A stretch of DNA of 64,000 nt from Verrucomicrobiota bacterium (GCA_038209745.1 JBBQXJ010000003.1:46284-110283), one strand, 5' to 3'; numbered from the stretch's first letter, positions 1 to 9,915 are shown. The notes: generated by a model not told the origin, from the letters alone. A program made the numbers and translations.

Positions 1-315
1 CTGGTGAAATGGCATTTCGACGTGGGCAACATCATCCGCTATGGCGATCCGCTCGACTGGATCCACGCGCTGGGACCGCGCATTTCCCGCGTCCACATCA
101 AAGAATACAGCCGCGATCTGGCCCTGAAGAACGGCGACGTCTGGAAGGGGTTCAACGCGAAGCTCCTGGAAGGCGCGAACAACTGGCCCGGCATCGTCAA
201 AGCGCTCCGCGAATCCGGATTCTCGTCCTGGGCGATCACGGAGCAGGGCGGCGGCGGTTCGCCGGAAGGGCTGAAAGACCTGGTCGACCGCTTGGACAAG
301 ATCCTGGCCGGCTGA
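1..315 (+). CDS. Sugar phosphate isomerase/epimerase family (xylose isomerase-like TIM barrel), C-terminal part; 5' end outside window
   Basis: FDVGN...W...LGPRI..VHIKEY and LLEG..NWP.I..AL motifs typical of AP_endonuc_2 family. Confidence 0.8.
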   Translation: MVKWHFDVGNIIRYGDPLDWIHALGPRISRVHIKEYSRDLALKNGDVWKGFNAKLLEGANNWPGIVKALRESGFSSWAITEQGGGGSPEGLKDLVDRLDKILAG

Positions 316-335
316 GGCGGAACGATGCAGAAGGT

Positions 336-494
336 CGGAGCGCGGACGGTCACGTCCGCGAGGCCAGCTCGGTTCCTTGACGCAGATGGAAGATACGATC
401 CGGCCATCCCAGTCCGGTGCGGTGTCACGGCAATCCATAATCGGGCCGCTCCGCCTTTGAGCGCGGCCTCGCGGACGTGACCGTCCTCGCTCCG
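336..494. repeat. REP-like inverted doublet (REPIN-like): two 30-bp arms, each internally palindromic
   Basis: 336-365 cggagcgcggacggtcacgtccgcgaggcc and 465-494 ggcctcgcggacgtgaccgtcctcgctccg are reverse complements with 1 mismatch. Confidence 0.8.
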
Positions 495-539
495 CCGCAG
501 TTGCCAACGCAATTCCCGCTGTCCTACTGTCTCCGGAAC

Positions 540-2204
540 ATGAAACGCAGCCTGTTGTTGGCTCTCCTCTTGTCCGGTGTCGCGGTCCGCGCTGAAGGCC
601 CGGACGATCTCTATCTGGAATCGTTCAGTCTGATCGAGCAGGCGGCGACGATCGGCAAGTCCGGCCAGTCCAAGAACGCGATCGAGCTCCTCAAACAGGC
701 CGATACCCGTCTCCGCAAGATCCAGGCGTCCTACCCTTCGTGGAACGCCGGAATGGTGAAGTTCCGCCTCGGCGATGTGGCGCAGCGAATTGCGAATCTG
801 GACGGAACGGCGGCTGATGCCCCGGGCACGGTCGCTTCCAAACCGACCTCCGAGGCGATGGCGGCCGGCCAAGAGGAACAGATCCGGGTCCTTCGCAGCC
901 AGGTCGAGTCCCTCACGGCCAAGCTCAAGGAGGCACTGGAAATGCAGTCCAGCGGTCTCACCGCGGCGGAACGGTCCCGCCTCGAAGTCAAGGTGGCGAA
1001 CCAGCAGCGCGAGCTCGACGTGATGAAGGCGGCTCTGGCGCAGGAGAAGGAGAAAGCCGCCCAAGCCGTCGTTCCCGCAGTCGACGCGGAAGCGGTCGTC
1101 AAAGCCAAGGCCTTGGCCAAGGAGAACGAGGCGCTCACCCAAAAGGTCAAGCAACAGGCCCAGGAGCTGGTCAATTCGTCCCGGGCCGGTGCCGATGAGC
1201 GCGACAAGCTGCAAAAGGCCCTCGCCGCCGCCCAGGCCGTCGTCCCCGCGGTCGACGCGGAAGCGGTCGCCAAGGTCAAGGCCTTGGCCAACGAGAACGA
1301 GGCGCTGACCCAGAAGGTCAAGCAACAGGCCCAGGAACTGGTCAGTTCTTCGCGGGCCGGTGCCGATGAGCGCGACAAGCTGCAAAAGGCTCTCGCCGCC
1401 GCCCAGACCGGACCCGCCGTGGTTCCGCCCCCGGCAACCGCCGTTGCCTCGGCGCCGTCAGCCGAGGAGAAGATCAAAGTCGCCGAACTCCAGGCTCGCC
1501 TCGCTGCGTTGGAAGCCACGGCCGTTCCCTACACGGCCGAGGAGCGCGCTCTGTTCAAGGCGCCGCCTACCCGAATCGTGCTGTTGGCGGAGACGAATTC
1601 CACCCCCGTCAAGCGCTCCGTCAAACGTGTGCCGCCCGGGGCCGGGGCGCTCGTGGCCGAAGCCGATCGGGCCTTCGACGCCCGCAACTATGTCGTGGCG
1701 CAGCAGAAATTCTCCGAGGCTCTCAAGCAGGAGGACGACAATGTGTATCTCCTTTCGAAACTCGCCTCGGCCCAGTTCGAGCAGGGGAAGGTGTCCGATG
1801 CGGAGAAGAATCTGGAGCACGCCCTGCGCGTCGATCCCGCCGATCCGGCGAGCCTCACCCTGATGGGTGTCGTCCGGTTCCAGCAGGAGCGCTACTCCGA
1901 GGCCCTGACCTTTCTCAGCCGGTCGGCGCAGCTCGATCCGAACAATGCCGACACCCAGAACTACCTCGGGATCACGCTGAGCCAGGAAGGCCAGCGGGCC
2001 GCCGCCGAAGCCGCCCTGCGCAAGTCCGTCCAGTTGGCCCCCGACAATGCCGGGGCCCACCACAATCTGGCCATCATCTATGCCACGCAGAAGCCGCCGT
2101 TCATCGAATTGGCGTGGTTCCACTACCGCAAGGCCGTCGCGCTCGGCCATCCCAAGAATCCCGGTCTGGAGGAGATCTTGAGCAAGGCGGCGGCGGACAA
2201 GTGA
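540..2204 (+). CDS. Secreted coiled-coil/TPR protein with internal 57-aa tandem duplication
   Basis: Signal peptide MKRSLLLALLLSGVAVRA; long coiled coil; C-terminal TPR repeats (AQNYLG-like, AHHNLA). Confidence 0.85.
   Translation: MKRSLLLALLLSGVAVRAEGPDDLYLESFSLIEQAATIGKSGQSKNAIELLKQADTRLRKIQASYPSWNAGMVKFRLGDVAQRIANLDGTAADAPGTVASKPTSEAMAAGQEEQIRVLRSQVESLTAKLKEALEMQSSGLTAAERSRLEVKVANQQRELDVMKAALAQEKEKAAQAVVPAVDAEAVVKAKALAKENEALTQKVKQQAQELVNSSRAGADERDKLQKALAAAQAVVPAVDAEAVAKVKALANENEALTQKVKQQAQELVSSSRAGADERDKLQKALAAAQTGPAVVPPPATAVASAPSAEEKIKVAELQARLAALEATAVPYTAEERALFKAPPTRIVLLAETNSTPVKRSVKRVPPGAGALVAEADRAFDARNYVVAQQKFSEALKQEDDNVYLLSKLASAQFEQGKVSDAEKNLEHALRVDPADPASLTLMGVVRFQQERYSEALTFLSRSAQLDPNNADTQNYLGITLSQEGQRAAAEAALRKSVQLAPDNAGAHHNLAIIYATQKPPFIELAWFHYRKAVALGHPKNPGLEEILSKAAADK
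1056..1406 (+). repeat. 171-bp tandem duplication (2 copies plus partial) inside the TPR gene
   Basis: AAQAVVPAVDAEAV..KAL..ENEALTQKVKQQAQELV.SSRAGADERDKLQKALA starts at 1056 and again at 1227. Confidence 0.95.
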
Positions 2205-2620
2205 GGCAGGAGCTGCACGAAATCCGGTTGCGGACGCGGGGGCGCGGGTTCACCGACTTCACGGCCCAGATCCGGGAGCTTCTGGCGCGATCCGGGTTGA
2301 AGACCGGTTTGGCGACGCTGCATCTCCAGCACACCTCCGCGTCTCTTCTCATCCAGGAGAACGCCGACCCCGATGTCCGTGCCGATTTCGAGCGTTTCTT
2401 CGCCCGGTTGGTGCCCGATGGCGACCGCCTCTTTTCCCACACCCTGGAAGGTCCGGACGACATGGCCGCGCATATCCGGACGGCGTTGACGACGGTCAAT
2501 TTGTCGATCCCGTTCGACGACGGGCGACTGGTCCTCGGAACATGGCAGGGGATCTATCTCTGGGAACACCGGCTTGATCCTCATGCCCGGCAGATCGCGC
2601 TGCATTTTTTGGGCGAGTAG
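2201..2620 (+). CDS. yjbQ: Secondary thiamine-phosphate synthase enzyme, UPF0047/YjbQ family
   Basis: HTSASLLIQENADPDV, EGPDDM.AHI, LGTWQGIYLWEHR motifs; GTG start overlaps upstream TGA. Confidence 0.9.
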   Translation: MRQELHEIRLRTRGRGFTDFTAQIRELLARSGLKTGLATLHLQHTSASLLIQENADPDVRADFERFFARLVPDGDRLFSHTLEGPDDMAAHIRTALTTVNLSIPFDDGRLVLGTWQGIYLWEHRLDPHARQIALHFLGE

Positions 2621-2634
2621 TTTGGCGGCGGCCG

Positions 2635-3309
2635 TCAAGGCCTGTGCGTGGCTCGCTTGCGCGCGCGCCGCGTCTCGGCAGCAATAATCCCAGCCAGCAG
2701 AACGCCGGCGAAGGCAAACGTGGCTGGCTCGGGAACCGGTGCTGCTTCCCCCTTGTAGTGGAAGCTGCCCGATTCGCCGGCGAAGAAGACGCCCGAAATC
2801 AGGTCTTGGTTCATGTGGCGCAAGGTGCCCAAGAAGTCTTCGACCGTGAGGGTGCCGCTTCCGGCGAGGGTGATGTCGAACCCCAGGGCTTCGCCGCGGG
2901 TCAATCGATGGGCTCCGGCATCTTTGTTGGAAGTGGCGAAATCCAAGCTGAAGGAGAATGGGGGGTTGCCTCCGCCCAGATTGCTGGAGGGGGTTTTGAG
3001 CGTGGGAGTATCGAAGGCTCCGGTCTTGGTCGGAGAGCCGACGATCAGGTGGTTGGCGGCGCCGTCGAAGTTGAAGGCCCAAGTCCGGACATAGTCTCCG
3101 GACTTCAAATTGAGCGCTTCGAGCTGGAAATGGACGCTTTTGCTGGTGGGCCCGTGGTCCGACAGGGTGGCTCGCAGGAAGGGACCGGTCCCGGGATAGA
3201 CATCCCCGCCGCTCTCGAACGTGCGGCTGTAGTCCAGAGTGACGACGGTCGCTTGGGAGAGCATCGAACCGGCCGCCAAGAAGGGAATTGCCCAGAACAA
3301 AGGATTCAT
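2635..3309 (-). CDS. PEP-CTERM sorting domain protein
   Basis: N-terminal signal peptide; C-terminal VPEPAT + hydrophobic helix + RRARKR; start may be 3327. Confidence 0.85.
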   Translation of the reverse strand: MNPLFWAIPFLAAGSMLSQATVVTLDYSRTFESGGDVYPGTGPFLRATLSDHGPTSKSVHFQLEALNLKSGDYVRTWAFNFDGAANHLIVGSPTKTGAFDTPTLKTPSSNLGGGNPPFSFSLDFATSNKDAGAHRLTRGEALGFDITLAGSGTLTVEDFLGTLRHMNQDLISGVFFAGESGSFHYKGEAAPVPEPATFAFAGVLLAGIIAAETRRARKRATHRP

Positions 3310-3698
3310 TGGCGGGGAGATGGACATCGGCCGTCTGCTGCGGATTTGCGTCGCCGCCCCGTGGCTGGTCGCCCGAGCGGATTTGGATGGGGTTTGGAGC
3401 GGTGCATTTGTTGTTCTGGATTCAAGGGACGACAGGCTTGGCCGGCTCCTTGAGCAGTTTTCGATTCTTTCTCATCCTTGAATCCCACTCCTTCGCTCTG
3501 GCTCGCTTGAGCGGTCTCGAATCGAGGCCAAAGTGTCTTGAAGTTAGAGATTCTGGCGTGCCGGCGGATCTACACGCCATTCGGGCAGCTGTTTGGGAGG
3601 GTCGTGTCGCAGACTCGCTAGGGAATGGAGACTGCTTGCGCCTAAGGAGGCAAACAGCGGCCGCCGATAGTTTCGAGCGGCTTTGATGCCTTCTGACC

Positions 3699-4157
3699 GT
3701 GCTGACGAAATGCCATCCAATACGAACGAGCGCCCAGACCCGTGCCGGCTTCTCGCTGGTCGAGGTGGCGATGTCGCTCATGATCGTCGGGATCGTCATG
3801 ATCGGAATGGTGGATGGCTACCGGACGTCTTCTCGGCGCGCGGAGTGGTCGGCCTATTCGCTCGCGGCCCAGGCGATGGCGCTCCAACAGATCGAGCAGG
3901 TCCGTGCGGCCAAGTGGGACACGATGGCCGATCCTGTGGTGGACGAGACGGTGAACGTCCCGACCGTGAGTTCGGCGATCCTCGACATGCCGATCTCCGG
4001 AACGAACGCGGTCATGGTGACCAACTATGTGGCCATCAGCAGCATCTCGGTCGGCAGCGGCATCACCTTCAAACAGATCCGGGTCGACACGGTTTGGCCA
4101 TGGTTCGGCAAGTACTTCACCAACACGCTGGCCACGTTCCGGGCTCCCGACCGATGA
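3699..4157 (+). CDS. Prepilin-type N-terminal cleavage/methylation protein (PilV/GspI-like minor pilin)
   Basis: RAG|FSLVEVAMSLMIVGIVMIG class III signal. Confidence 0.85.
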   Translation: MLTKCHPIRTSAQTRAGFSLVEVAMSLMIVGIVMIGMVDGYRTSSRRAEWSAYSLAAQAMALQQIEQVRAAKWDTMADPVVDETVNVPTVSSAILDMPISGTNAVMVTNYVAISSISVGSGITFKQIRVDTVWPWFGKYFTNTLATFRAPDR

Positions 4158-4780
4158 GGATCTTGGTCTCCAATTCTTGGCCGACTGCGGGGCGGAGGCG
4201 TCCTGGCAAACGGGCGACCACCTTGATCGAGGTGATGATGACGATGGGGATCTTCAGTCTCGTGACCGTGGGCTTCGTCCAGTTCCATTTGCTGGGCCTG
4301 ACCCAGGATCAACTGGTGCAGAGCAAGCTCGGGGCGAGCGACCAGTCGCGGGCGGCGCTGTCCCGGATGACCAGCGAGATCCGATCGGCGAAGATTCTTC
4401 GGGTGGGCAACGGCGACGCGGCCGGTTTCATCCCGGTGGGCTACGGGACGAACCAGCAGGGCACGGCGCTCCAGATCTGTTTCAGCACCGATACCAATTC
4501 CTACGTCCGCTACTTTTTCGACACCAATGCGGGAGAGTTGCGGCGCCTGCGGACAGGAACCGCCGGGACGACCCTCGTGGCGCAGTATCTGACGAACAGC
4601 ATGTTTTTCAGGGCGGAGGACTATCTCGGCAACGTGGAGATCGACGGGGCCCACAGCTACACCATCCGGGTCCTGCTCCAGTTCTATCAATACAAGTATC
4701 CCCTCACCACGGTGGGTCCGGGGAACTACTACGACTACTACAAGCTGGAGTTCAAGGCGACGCGTCGCGCGCACGATTGA
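4154..4780 (+). CDS. Prepilin-type protein (PilW/GspJ-like minor pilin)
   Basis: KRA|TTLIEVMMTMGIFSLV; R...EIRSA motif; ATGA overlap with upstream gene. Confidence 0.8.
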   Translation: MRILVSNSWPTAGRRRPGKRATTLIEVMMTMGIFSLVTVGFVQFHLLGLTQDQLVQSKLGASDQSRAALSRMTSEIRSAKILRVGNGDAAGFIPVGYGTNQQGTALQICFSTDTNSYVRYFFDTNAGELRRLRTGTAGTTLVAQYLTNSMFFRAEDYLGNVEIDGAHSYTIRVLLQFYQYKYPLTTVGPGNYYDYYKLEFKATRRAHD

Positions 4781-4784
4781 GAGC

Positions 4785-6545
4785 ATGAAAACGACTTTGA
4801 ACGTAAAGGGAATAGCGGGCCGCCGGGGAGAGCGGGGCTACGTCATGGTGGTGGTGGTCTTCATGGCGGCCCTCAGCCTGATGGTCATGGCCGCCACGCT
4901 CAGCCGGACCGGCGCCACTTCGCGGCTCAACTCCCGCAACAATTCCTACCTCGAATGCCTTTCCGCCTCGGAGGCGGGCACGGAGCGGATCGTGGCCCGG
5001 ATGATCAGCGACTACCGGAACGGCGGCGATGCCCTCGTGACCGCCAATCTGGGACAATACCGGACCAATGTGCCCTCGGCCTCGGACAGTCCCTATTGGT
5101 CAAGCTTCGTCTTCTCGGACGCGATGGGAAACCTCGGCCGCACCTACGTGCAGGTCACCTCCAACTACAGCTACGTCCAGCTGGAATCCCAGTATGCCGG
5201 GCTCGGAGGATTCGCCACGGGCTACCGGGTGATCTCGAACGCCCGGCCCGCCTCGGGACAGACCAGCGTGGTCAACGCGGTCCAGCAGGACCTGCAACTG
5301 GCGACGATCCCGGTCTTCCAGTTCGCGATCTTTTACAGCGGCCTCCTTGAATTCACTTGGGCCGCGCCGTTCACCGTTCGCGGCCGGACCCATTCCAACG
5401 GAAGCATCTATACCGGATCTTCGCAGAATCTTACCTTCGAGGACTACGTGACCTCTTCCGGAACCATCCAGAAGAAGGCTTGGGCCGGCTACAGTCTCGG
5501 CGCGATGTCCGGGGGCATCGGCTATGGCGGGGGCAGCAGCACCAACGTGCCTTCCCTCACCCTGCCGATCGGGACGAACAACACGTCCTCCGCCGTCCGG
5601 GAGATCCTCAACATCCCGCCTTCCGGCGAGAGCCCGACCTCGGCCATGGGGAAGGAGCGATACTACAACAAGGCCAATATGATCCTGTTGGTGAGCAATT
5701 CGACCGTGCAGTTGATGCTCCAGAGCAACTATACCGCGACCATCACGCTGCAGTGGACCAACAGCCTGTCGGCCTTCGTGAACACCAACGTCAGTTTCTA
5801 CGACGCACGCGAAGGACAGACCGTTCTCGCGACCGAGATCGACGCAGGGAAGTTGACCAAATGGCTGGCTACGAATGCGGCGGTCAGTTCGGTTGCTACC
5901 GCTCCGATCATCCTTTATGTGGCGGACAATCGGTCCGCGGCCTCCAAGCTGGAGTCCATTCGCCTGGTCAACGGGACGACTCTGCCGACCTCCGGTTTCA
6001 CGCTCGCGACCCCCAATCCTCTCTATGTTTTGGGCCACTACAACGTGACCAACAGCAGCCATTTGGGCACCACCAACACGTCGTCGAGCGTCCCGGCCTC
6101 GTTGGCCTCGGATGCGCTGACCATCCTGTCGAGCAACTGGGCCGATTCGAAGAGCGCCTATTCGCTCGGCAGCCGCAACAAGGCCGTCGACACCACCGTG
6201 AACGCCGCGGTTCTCACCGGCATCGTGCCCAGCGGGGGAGCCGATGGCTCTTCGCCGTTCAGCGGCGGGGTCATGAATGTTCCCCGCCTTCTGGAGGACT
6301 GGGGCAACGGCTCGAAGCATCTCACCTTGAACACCTCGCTCGTGAACCTCTTCAACAGCGCCCGGGCGCTAGGGGCCTGGGACACTCCGGGTGTCTTCTA
6401 CTACGCGCCTTCGCGCGACTTCAGCTTCGACCTGAACTTCAAGAATCCGAGCCGCCTGCCTCCGGGCACGCCGCAGCTTGGCACGTTCATCCGGGGTCGC
6501 TGGTATAACGCCCCCGCCGGAGTCACCAACTATGCCGGCCTTTGA
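4785..6545 (+). CDS. PilX/GspK-like large pseudopilin with extended C-terminal beta-rich domain
   Basis: ERG|YVMVVVV (no Glu+5), ASEAG motif, IPVFQFAIFY..LLE, GRTHSNG, PRLLEDW, LPPGTP motifs. Confidence 0.75.
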   Translation: MKTTLNVKGIAGRRGERGYVMVVVVFMAALSLMVMAATLSRTGATSRLNSRNNSYLECLSASEAGTERIVARMISDYRNGGDALVTANLGQYRTNVPSASDSPYWSSFVFSDAMGNLGRTYVQVTSNYSYVQLESQYAGLGGFATGYRVISNARPASGQTSVVNAVQQDLQLATIPVFQFAIFYSGLLEFTWAAPFTVRGRTHSNGSIYTGSSQNLTFEDYVTSSGTIQKKAWAGYSLGAMSGGIGYGGGSSTNVPSLTLPIGTNNTSSAVREILNIPPSGESPTSAMGKERYYNKANMILLVSNSTVQLMLQSNYTATITLQWTNSLSAFVNTNVSFYDAREGQTVLATEIDAGKLTKWLATNAAVSSVATAPIILYVADNRSAASKLESIRLVNGTTLPTSGFTLATPNPLYVLGHYNVTNSSHLGTTNTSSSVPASLASDALTILSSNWADSKSAYSLGSRNKAVDTTVNAAVLTGIVPSGGADGSSPFSGGVMNVPRLLEDWGNGSKHLTLNTSLVNLFNSARALGAWDTPGVFYYAPSRDFSFDLNFKNPSRLPPGTPQLGTFIRGRWYNAPAGVTNYAGL

Positions 6546-6546
6546 G

Positions 6547-7176
6547 ATGATTCTGTCTCTCGGTCGAAGGATCTTTGCCGGGATCGGGGTTTCTTTGGTT
6601 CTTCTCGCCGCCGCCGGACCCGCCTTTGGGCAGAAGGTGGTGGATCCGACGTTTCGGCTCTCCAGCCGGGTGGAAGCGCTGGAAGGGATGGGGGTTCGGC
6701 AGCGGGCGTTTGTCGCCTGCGGAACGAACGAGTTCTGCGTTCTTTTGCCGCGAGGCTACAATGGGACTCTGGAAGGCGCTCAATCGCTGGTCTTGTCCGG
6801 GCCGGACAATCTCACGTTCGTGTCGATTGCGCGGGTGGCCGTCGACTCGGTGGCGGGCAAGGAACTGGACACCGGCAAGTGCCTTGCCGCCTTGATGGCC
6901 GACTATCCCGGGGCGACGATCCTTGAGGAGATGACGCTCGGGGCGGGCAATCGTGTTGGCCCGGCGTTCGACCTCGTCTGGGTCGCGCCCACCAAGATGG
7001 TCAGTCGGATCCGCGTGGCCTACGTTCCCGGACCGGTTGGCGTCCTGCGGTTCACTCTCTCCACGACCGCCGAACGTTTTGCCTCGGTCCGGTTCGATCT
7101 CAACAGCGTGATGTCGACCCTGGTTGCTGGTCCGAAAGGCGGGCTAGAGGTGCCGCGACTGTCGAATCTTTTCTGA
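6547..7176 (+). CDS. Hypothetical exported protein
   Basis: Signal peptide ending AGPAFG; begins 1 nt after upstream stop. Confidence 0.65.
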   Translation: MILSLGRRIFAGIGVSLVLLAAAGPAFGQKVVDPTFRLSSRVEALEGMGVRQRAFVACGTNEFCVLLPRGYNGTLEGAQSLVLSGPDNLTFVSIARVAVDSVAGKELDTGKCLAALMADYPGATILEEMTLGAGNRVGPAFDLVWVAPTKMVSRIRVAYVPGPVGVLRFTLSTTAERFASVRFDLNSVMSTLVAGPKGGLEVPRLSNLF

Positions 7177-7257
7177 TCGAAGGTCCGTTGAGAGAATAGC
7201 GCCCGAGAGCCTTCTGTCCTCTTGGAATCCTCCCGTCACGCGGCTAGGTTCAAGGCC

Positions 7258-8655
7258 ATGCCTGAGAAGTCTGTCAGCCAGGTGCCGCGCGCCCTTCGGG
7301 AACAATACGAAAAAGGGTTGGCCGCGTTTCAGCGGAACAACTTCGACTACGCCCTCCAGTTGTTGAACGCCGTTCTGGACCAGGAGCCTGGTTTTCTCGA
7401 CGCCCGCCAGACTCTCCGGGCCACCCAGTTCAAGAAACCCAAGGAAAAAGCCGGTTTCTTCAAGAAGCTCGTCGGGTCCGCCACCTCTTCGCCGGCTTTG
7501 GCCAAGGGCCAGATCCAGCTCCGCTCCAACCCCAAGGAAGCGCTCTCCACCGCCGAAAGCGTCCTCAACGTCGACGCGGGGAACGCCGCCGCCCACAAGA
7601 TCGTCGCCGACGCCGCTCTCCAGCTCGATCTTCCCAAGACCGCCACGCTTTCATTGGAGATCGTGGTGAAAGCCGATCCCGCCGACCGGAAATCCGTTCG
7701 AGCCCTCGCTGATCTCTACTTCAAGCAGGACCAGCTCCAGAAGGCGCAGGATCTTTATGCCCGGTTGATCGAAGCCAGCCCGCTCGATCCCGAGCTCCAG
7801 CAGACGCTCAAGAACCTGCACGCCCGCCGGATGCTTTTGGAGAAGGGCTACGGCGCCATCGAGTCCGGCCGGTCCTCCTACCGCGACCTGCTTCGCGACG
7901 AAGCCGGGTCGATCGCGCTGGAGCAGGCCAATCGCCAAGTGAAGGATACGGGCGTGGTCGACCGCCTGATTCTGGAATACGAGGCGAAGCTCGAAGCGGA
8001 GCCCGACAACCGCAATCTCATCCGGAACATCGCCGACCTCCTCGTGCAGAAGAAGGAGTTCGACCGCGCTTTGGAGTTTTACGAGCGGATCCTGGCGGTG
8101 GAAGGCACGCGGGACCCGACCTTGGAGAAGTCCCTGACCGACTTGAAACGCCGCCGACTGGACCACTTGGCCTCCCAGCTCGATCCAGCCGCCGCCGACC
8201 ACGAGGAGGCCAGGACCCGCCTGCACCAGGAGCGCGACGACCTGGTCCTCGCCGAGTGCCAGGCGCGGGTCCAACGGTTTCCCTCGGATCTACAGATCCG
8301 GTTCGAACTGGGCGAACTCCTCTTCAAAGCCGGCCGGCACGCCGAGGCCATCCAGGAGTTCCAGCGGTCGCAGAACAATCCCCAGAAGCGCATCCCCTCG
8401 ATGAACTTCCTGGGCCAGTGCTTCGCCGTCCGGAGGATGAACGACCTCGCGGTCCGCACCTTCCAGAATGCGCTGAAAGAAAAGCCGGTCCTCGACGACG
8501 AGAAGAAAGAGCTCCTCTACCACCTCGGCTGTGCGATGGAGAAGATGGGCCAGGCCGAAGGGGCGATGGACCAGTTCAAGCAGATCTACGAAGTGGACAT
8601 CGGCTATCGCGACGTCGCGGCCAAGGTGGATGCCTTCTACGCGGCCCAAGGGTGA
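7258..8655 (+). CDS. Tetratricopeptide repeat protein
   Basis: Multiple TPR helices; C-terminal YHLG..E..G...A..QFKQIYEVDIGYRDV. Confidence 0.85.
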   Translation: MPEKSVSQVPRALREQYEKGLAAFQRNNFDYALQLLNAVLDQEPGFLDARQTLRATQFKKPKEKAGFFKKLVGSATSSPALAKGQIQLRSNPKEALSTAESVLNVDAGNAAAHKIVADAALQLDLPKTATLSLEIVVKADPADRKSVRALADLYFKQDQLQKAQDLYARLIEASPLDPELQQTLKNLHARRMLLEKGYGAIESGRSSYRDLLRDEAGSIALEQANRQVKDTGVVDRLILEYEAKLEAEPDNRNLIRNIADLLVQKKEFDRALEFYERILAVEGTRDPTLEKSLTDLKRRRLDHLASQLDPAAADHEEARTRLHQERDDLVLAECQARVQRFPSDLQIRFELGELLFKAGRHAEAIQEFQRSQNNPQKRIPSMNFLGQCFAVRRMNDLAVRTFQNALKEKPVLDDEKKELLYHLGCAMEKMGQAEGAMDQFKQIYEVDIGYRDVAAKVDAFYAAQG

Positions 8656-8678
8656 CGTCCGCAAAACGTTCTCCGCGC

Positions 8679-9689
8679 CTACCCGTCACTCGCGGGAACG
8701 CCGTCTCGGAACCAATGCACGGCCTCCCTCAGCGCTTCCCGGGGTGGCGTCTGCGGCAGTCCCAGCTCCCGGATGGCCTTCGCCGGATTGAACCACATTT
8801 TGTCCGCCGCCATCCGGACTCCGGCCAGCGGTGCTCTTGGAGGATGCCCGGTCAGCTTGGCCAAGCCCTCGCTCGCGAAGGCGGCGCCAAAGGCGCACCA
8901 CAGCGGCAGCCGGATCTTCGGGGCGGGGAGCCCGCTCAGTTCCTCCAGATGCTGCATCATCTGGCGCAGCGTCCAGTTCCCGTCCGCATTGCCCAGAATG
9001 TAGCGTTCGCCGATCCGGCCCCGTTCCGCCGCCAGGACATGGCCTTCGGCCACGTCACGGACTGAAACCCAGTTCAGGCCCGTATCCACATAGGCCGGTA
9101 GGCGGCGCCGGAGGAAATCGCGGAGGATCAGTCCCGTCGGTGTCGGCTTCAGGTCCCAGGCGCCGACCGGGGCCGTCGGGTTGACGATGATGACGGGCGC
9201 GCCCTGCGCCGCCATGGTCGCGGCCACCTGTTCCGCCCGCCACTTCGAGAGCTTGTAGGGATTGGTCATCTCCGCCTCCTTGGCGATGCAGCCCTCGTCG
9301 GCCGGTGAGATCGCCGCATTGGCGAGGCCGATACATCCTGCGGTGCTCGTGTGGATGATTCGGGAACAACCTGCCTCGGTCGCCGCCGCCAACACCCGGC
9401 GGGTGCCCTCGACATTGGTGGCGAACATCGGTCCGTAGTCCGGGAGCCACAGATGGTAGCTGGCGGCCAAATGGAAGCACCAGTCGACGCCTTCCAAGGC
9501 AGCTCGCAGGCCCGATGGATCCGTGAGGTAGTCCGATTCGATCCGGCGAACTTCGCATCCGGCTAGCGCGCTTCGATCTGTGCCCGGTCGCAGCAGGGCC
9601 GTCACGTGGTGTCCGCGGGTTCGGAGCGCGCGGACCACATGTGCCCCGATGAAACCGGACGCGCCGGTGACCAGACAACGTGCGGCCAT
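8679..9689 (-). CDS. hpnA: NAD-dependent epimerase/dehydratase, hopanoid-associated HpnA / dihydroflavonol reductase-like
   Basis: VTGASGFIG, FHLAASY.LW, YKLSK, VNPTAPVG.WD.KPTPTG, DTGLN.V.V.DVAEGH. Confidence 0.75.
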   Translation of the reverse strand: MAARCLVTGASGFIGAHVVRALRTRGHHVTALLRPGTDRSALAGCEVRRIESDYLTDPSGLRAALEGVDWCFHLAASYHLWLPDYGPMFATNVEGTRRVLAAATEAGCSRIIHTSTAGCIGLANAAISPADEGCIAKEAEMTNPYKLSKWRAEQVAATMAAQGAPVIIVNPTAPVGAWDLKPTPTGLILRDFLRRRLPAYVDTGLNWVSVRDVAEGHVLAAERGRIGERYILGNADGNWTLRQMMQHLEELSGLPAPKIRLPLWCAFGAAFASEGLAKLTGHPPRAPLAGVRMAADKMWFNPAKAIRELGLPQTPPREALREAVHWFRDGVPASDG

Positions 9690-9915
9690 TGGGCGGGCTG
9701 ATTAGTCGAGCAGCCCGCAGCCGGAAAGCCATTTCTGTCGCGGTCTCGAAGCGCCCGTCTCTCCTGCGGTCGGAATGTTCGAAGTCTGTTCCTGTCCGGC
9801 CGTTGCGCAGACCGGAGGAAACCCGAGAACGGAGAGGGGTGAGCGTCGCGGCGGTGCGCTTCGAAGAATGGGGTTGGACACGGGCGATCTTCAGGCAACT
9901 ATAAGTTTCATTCTT

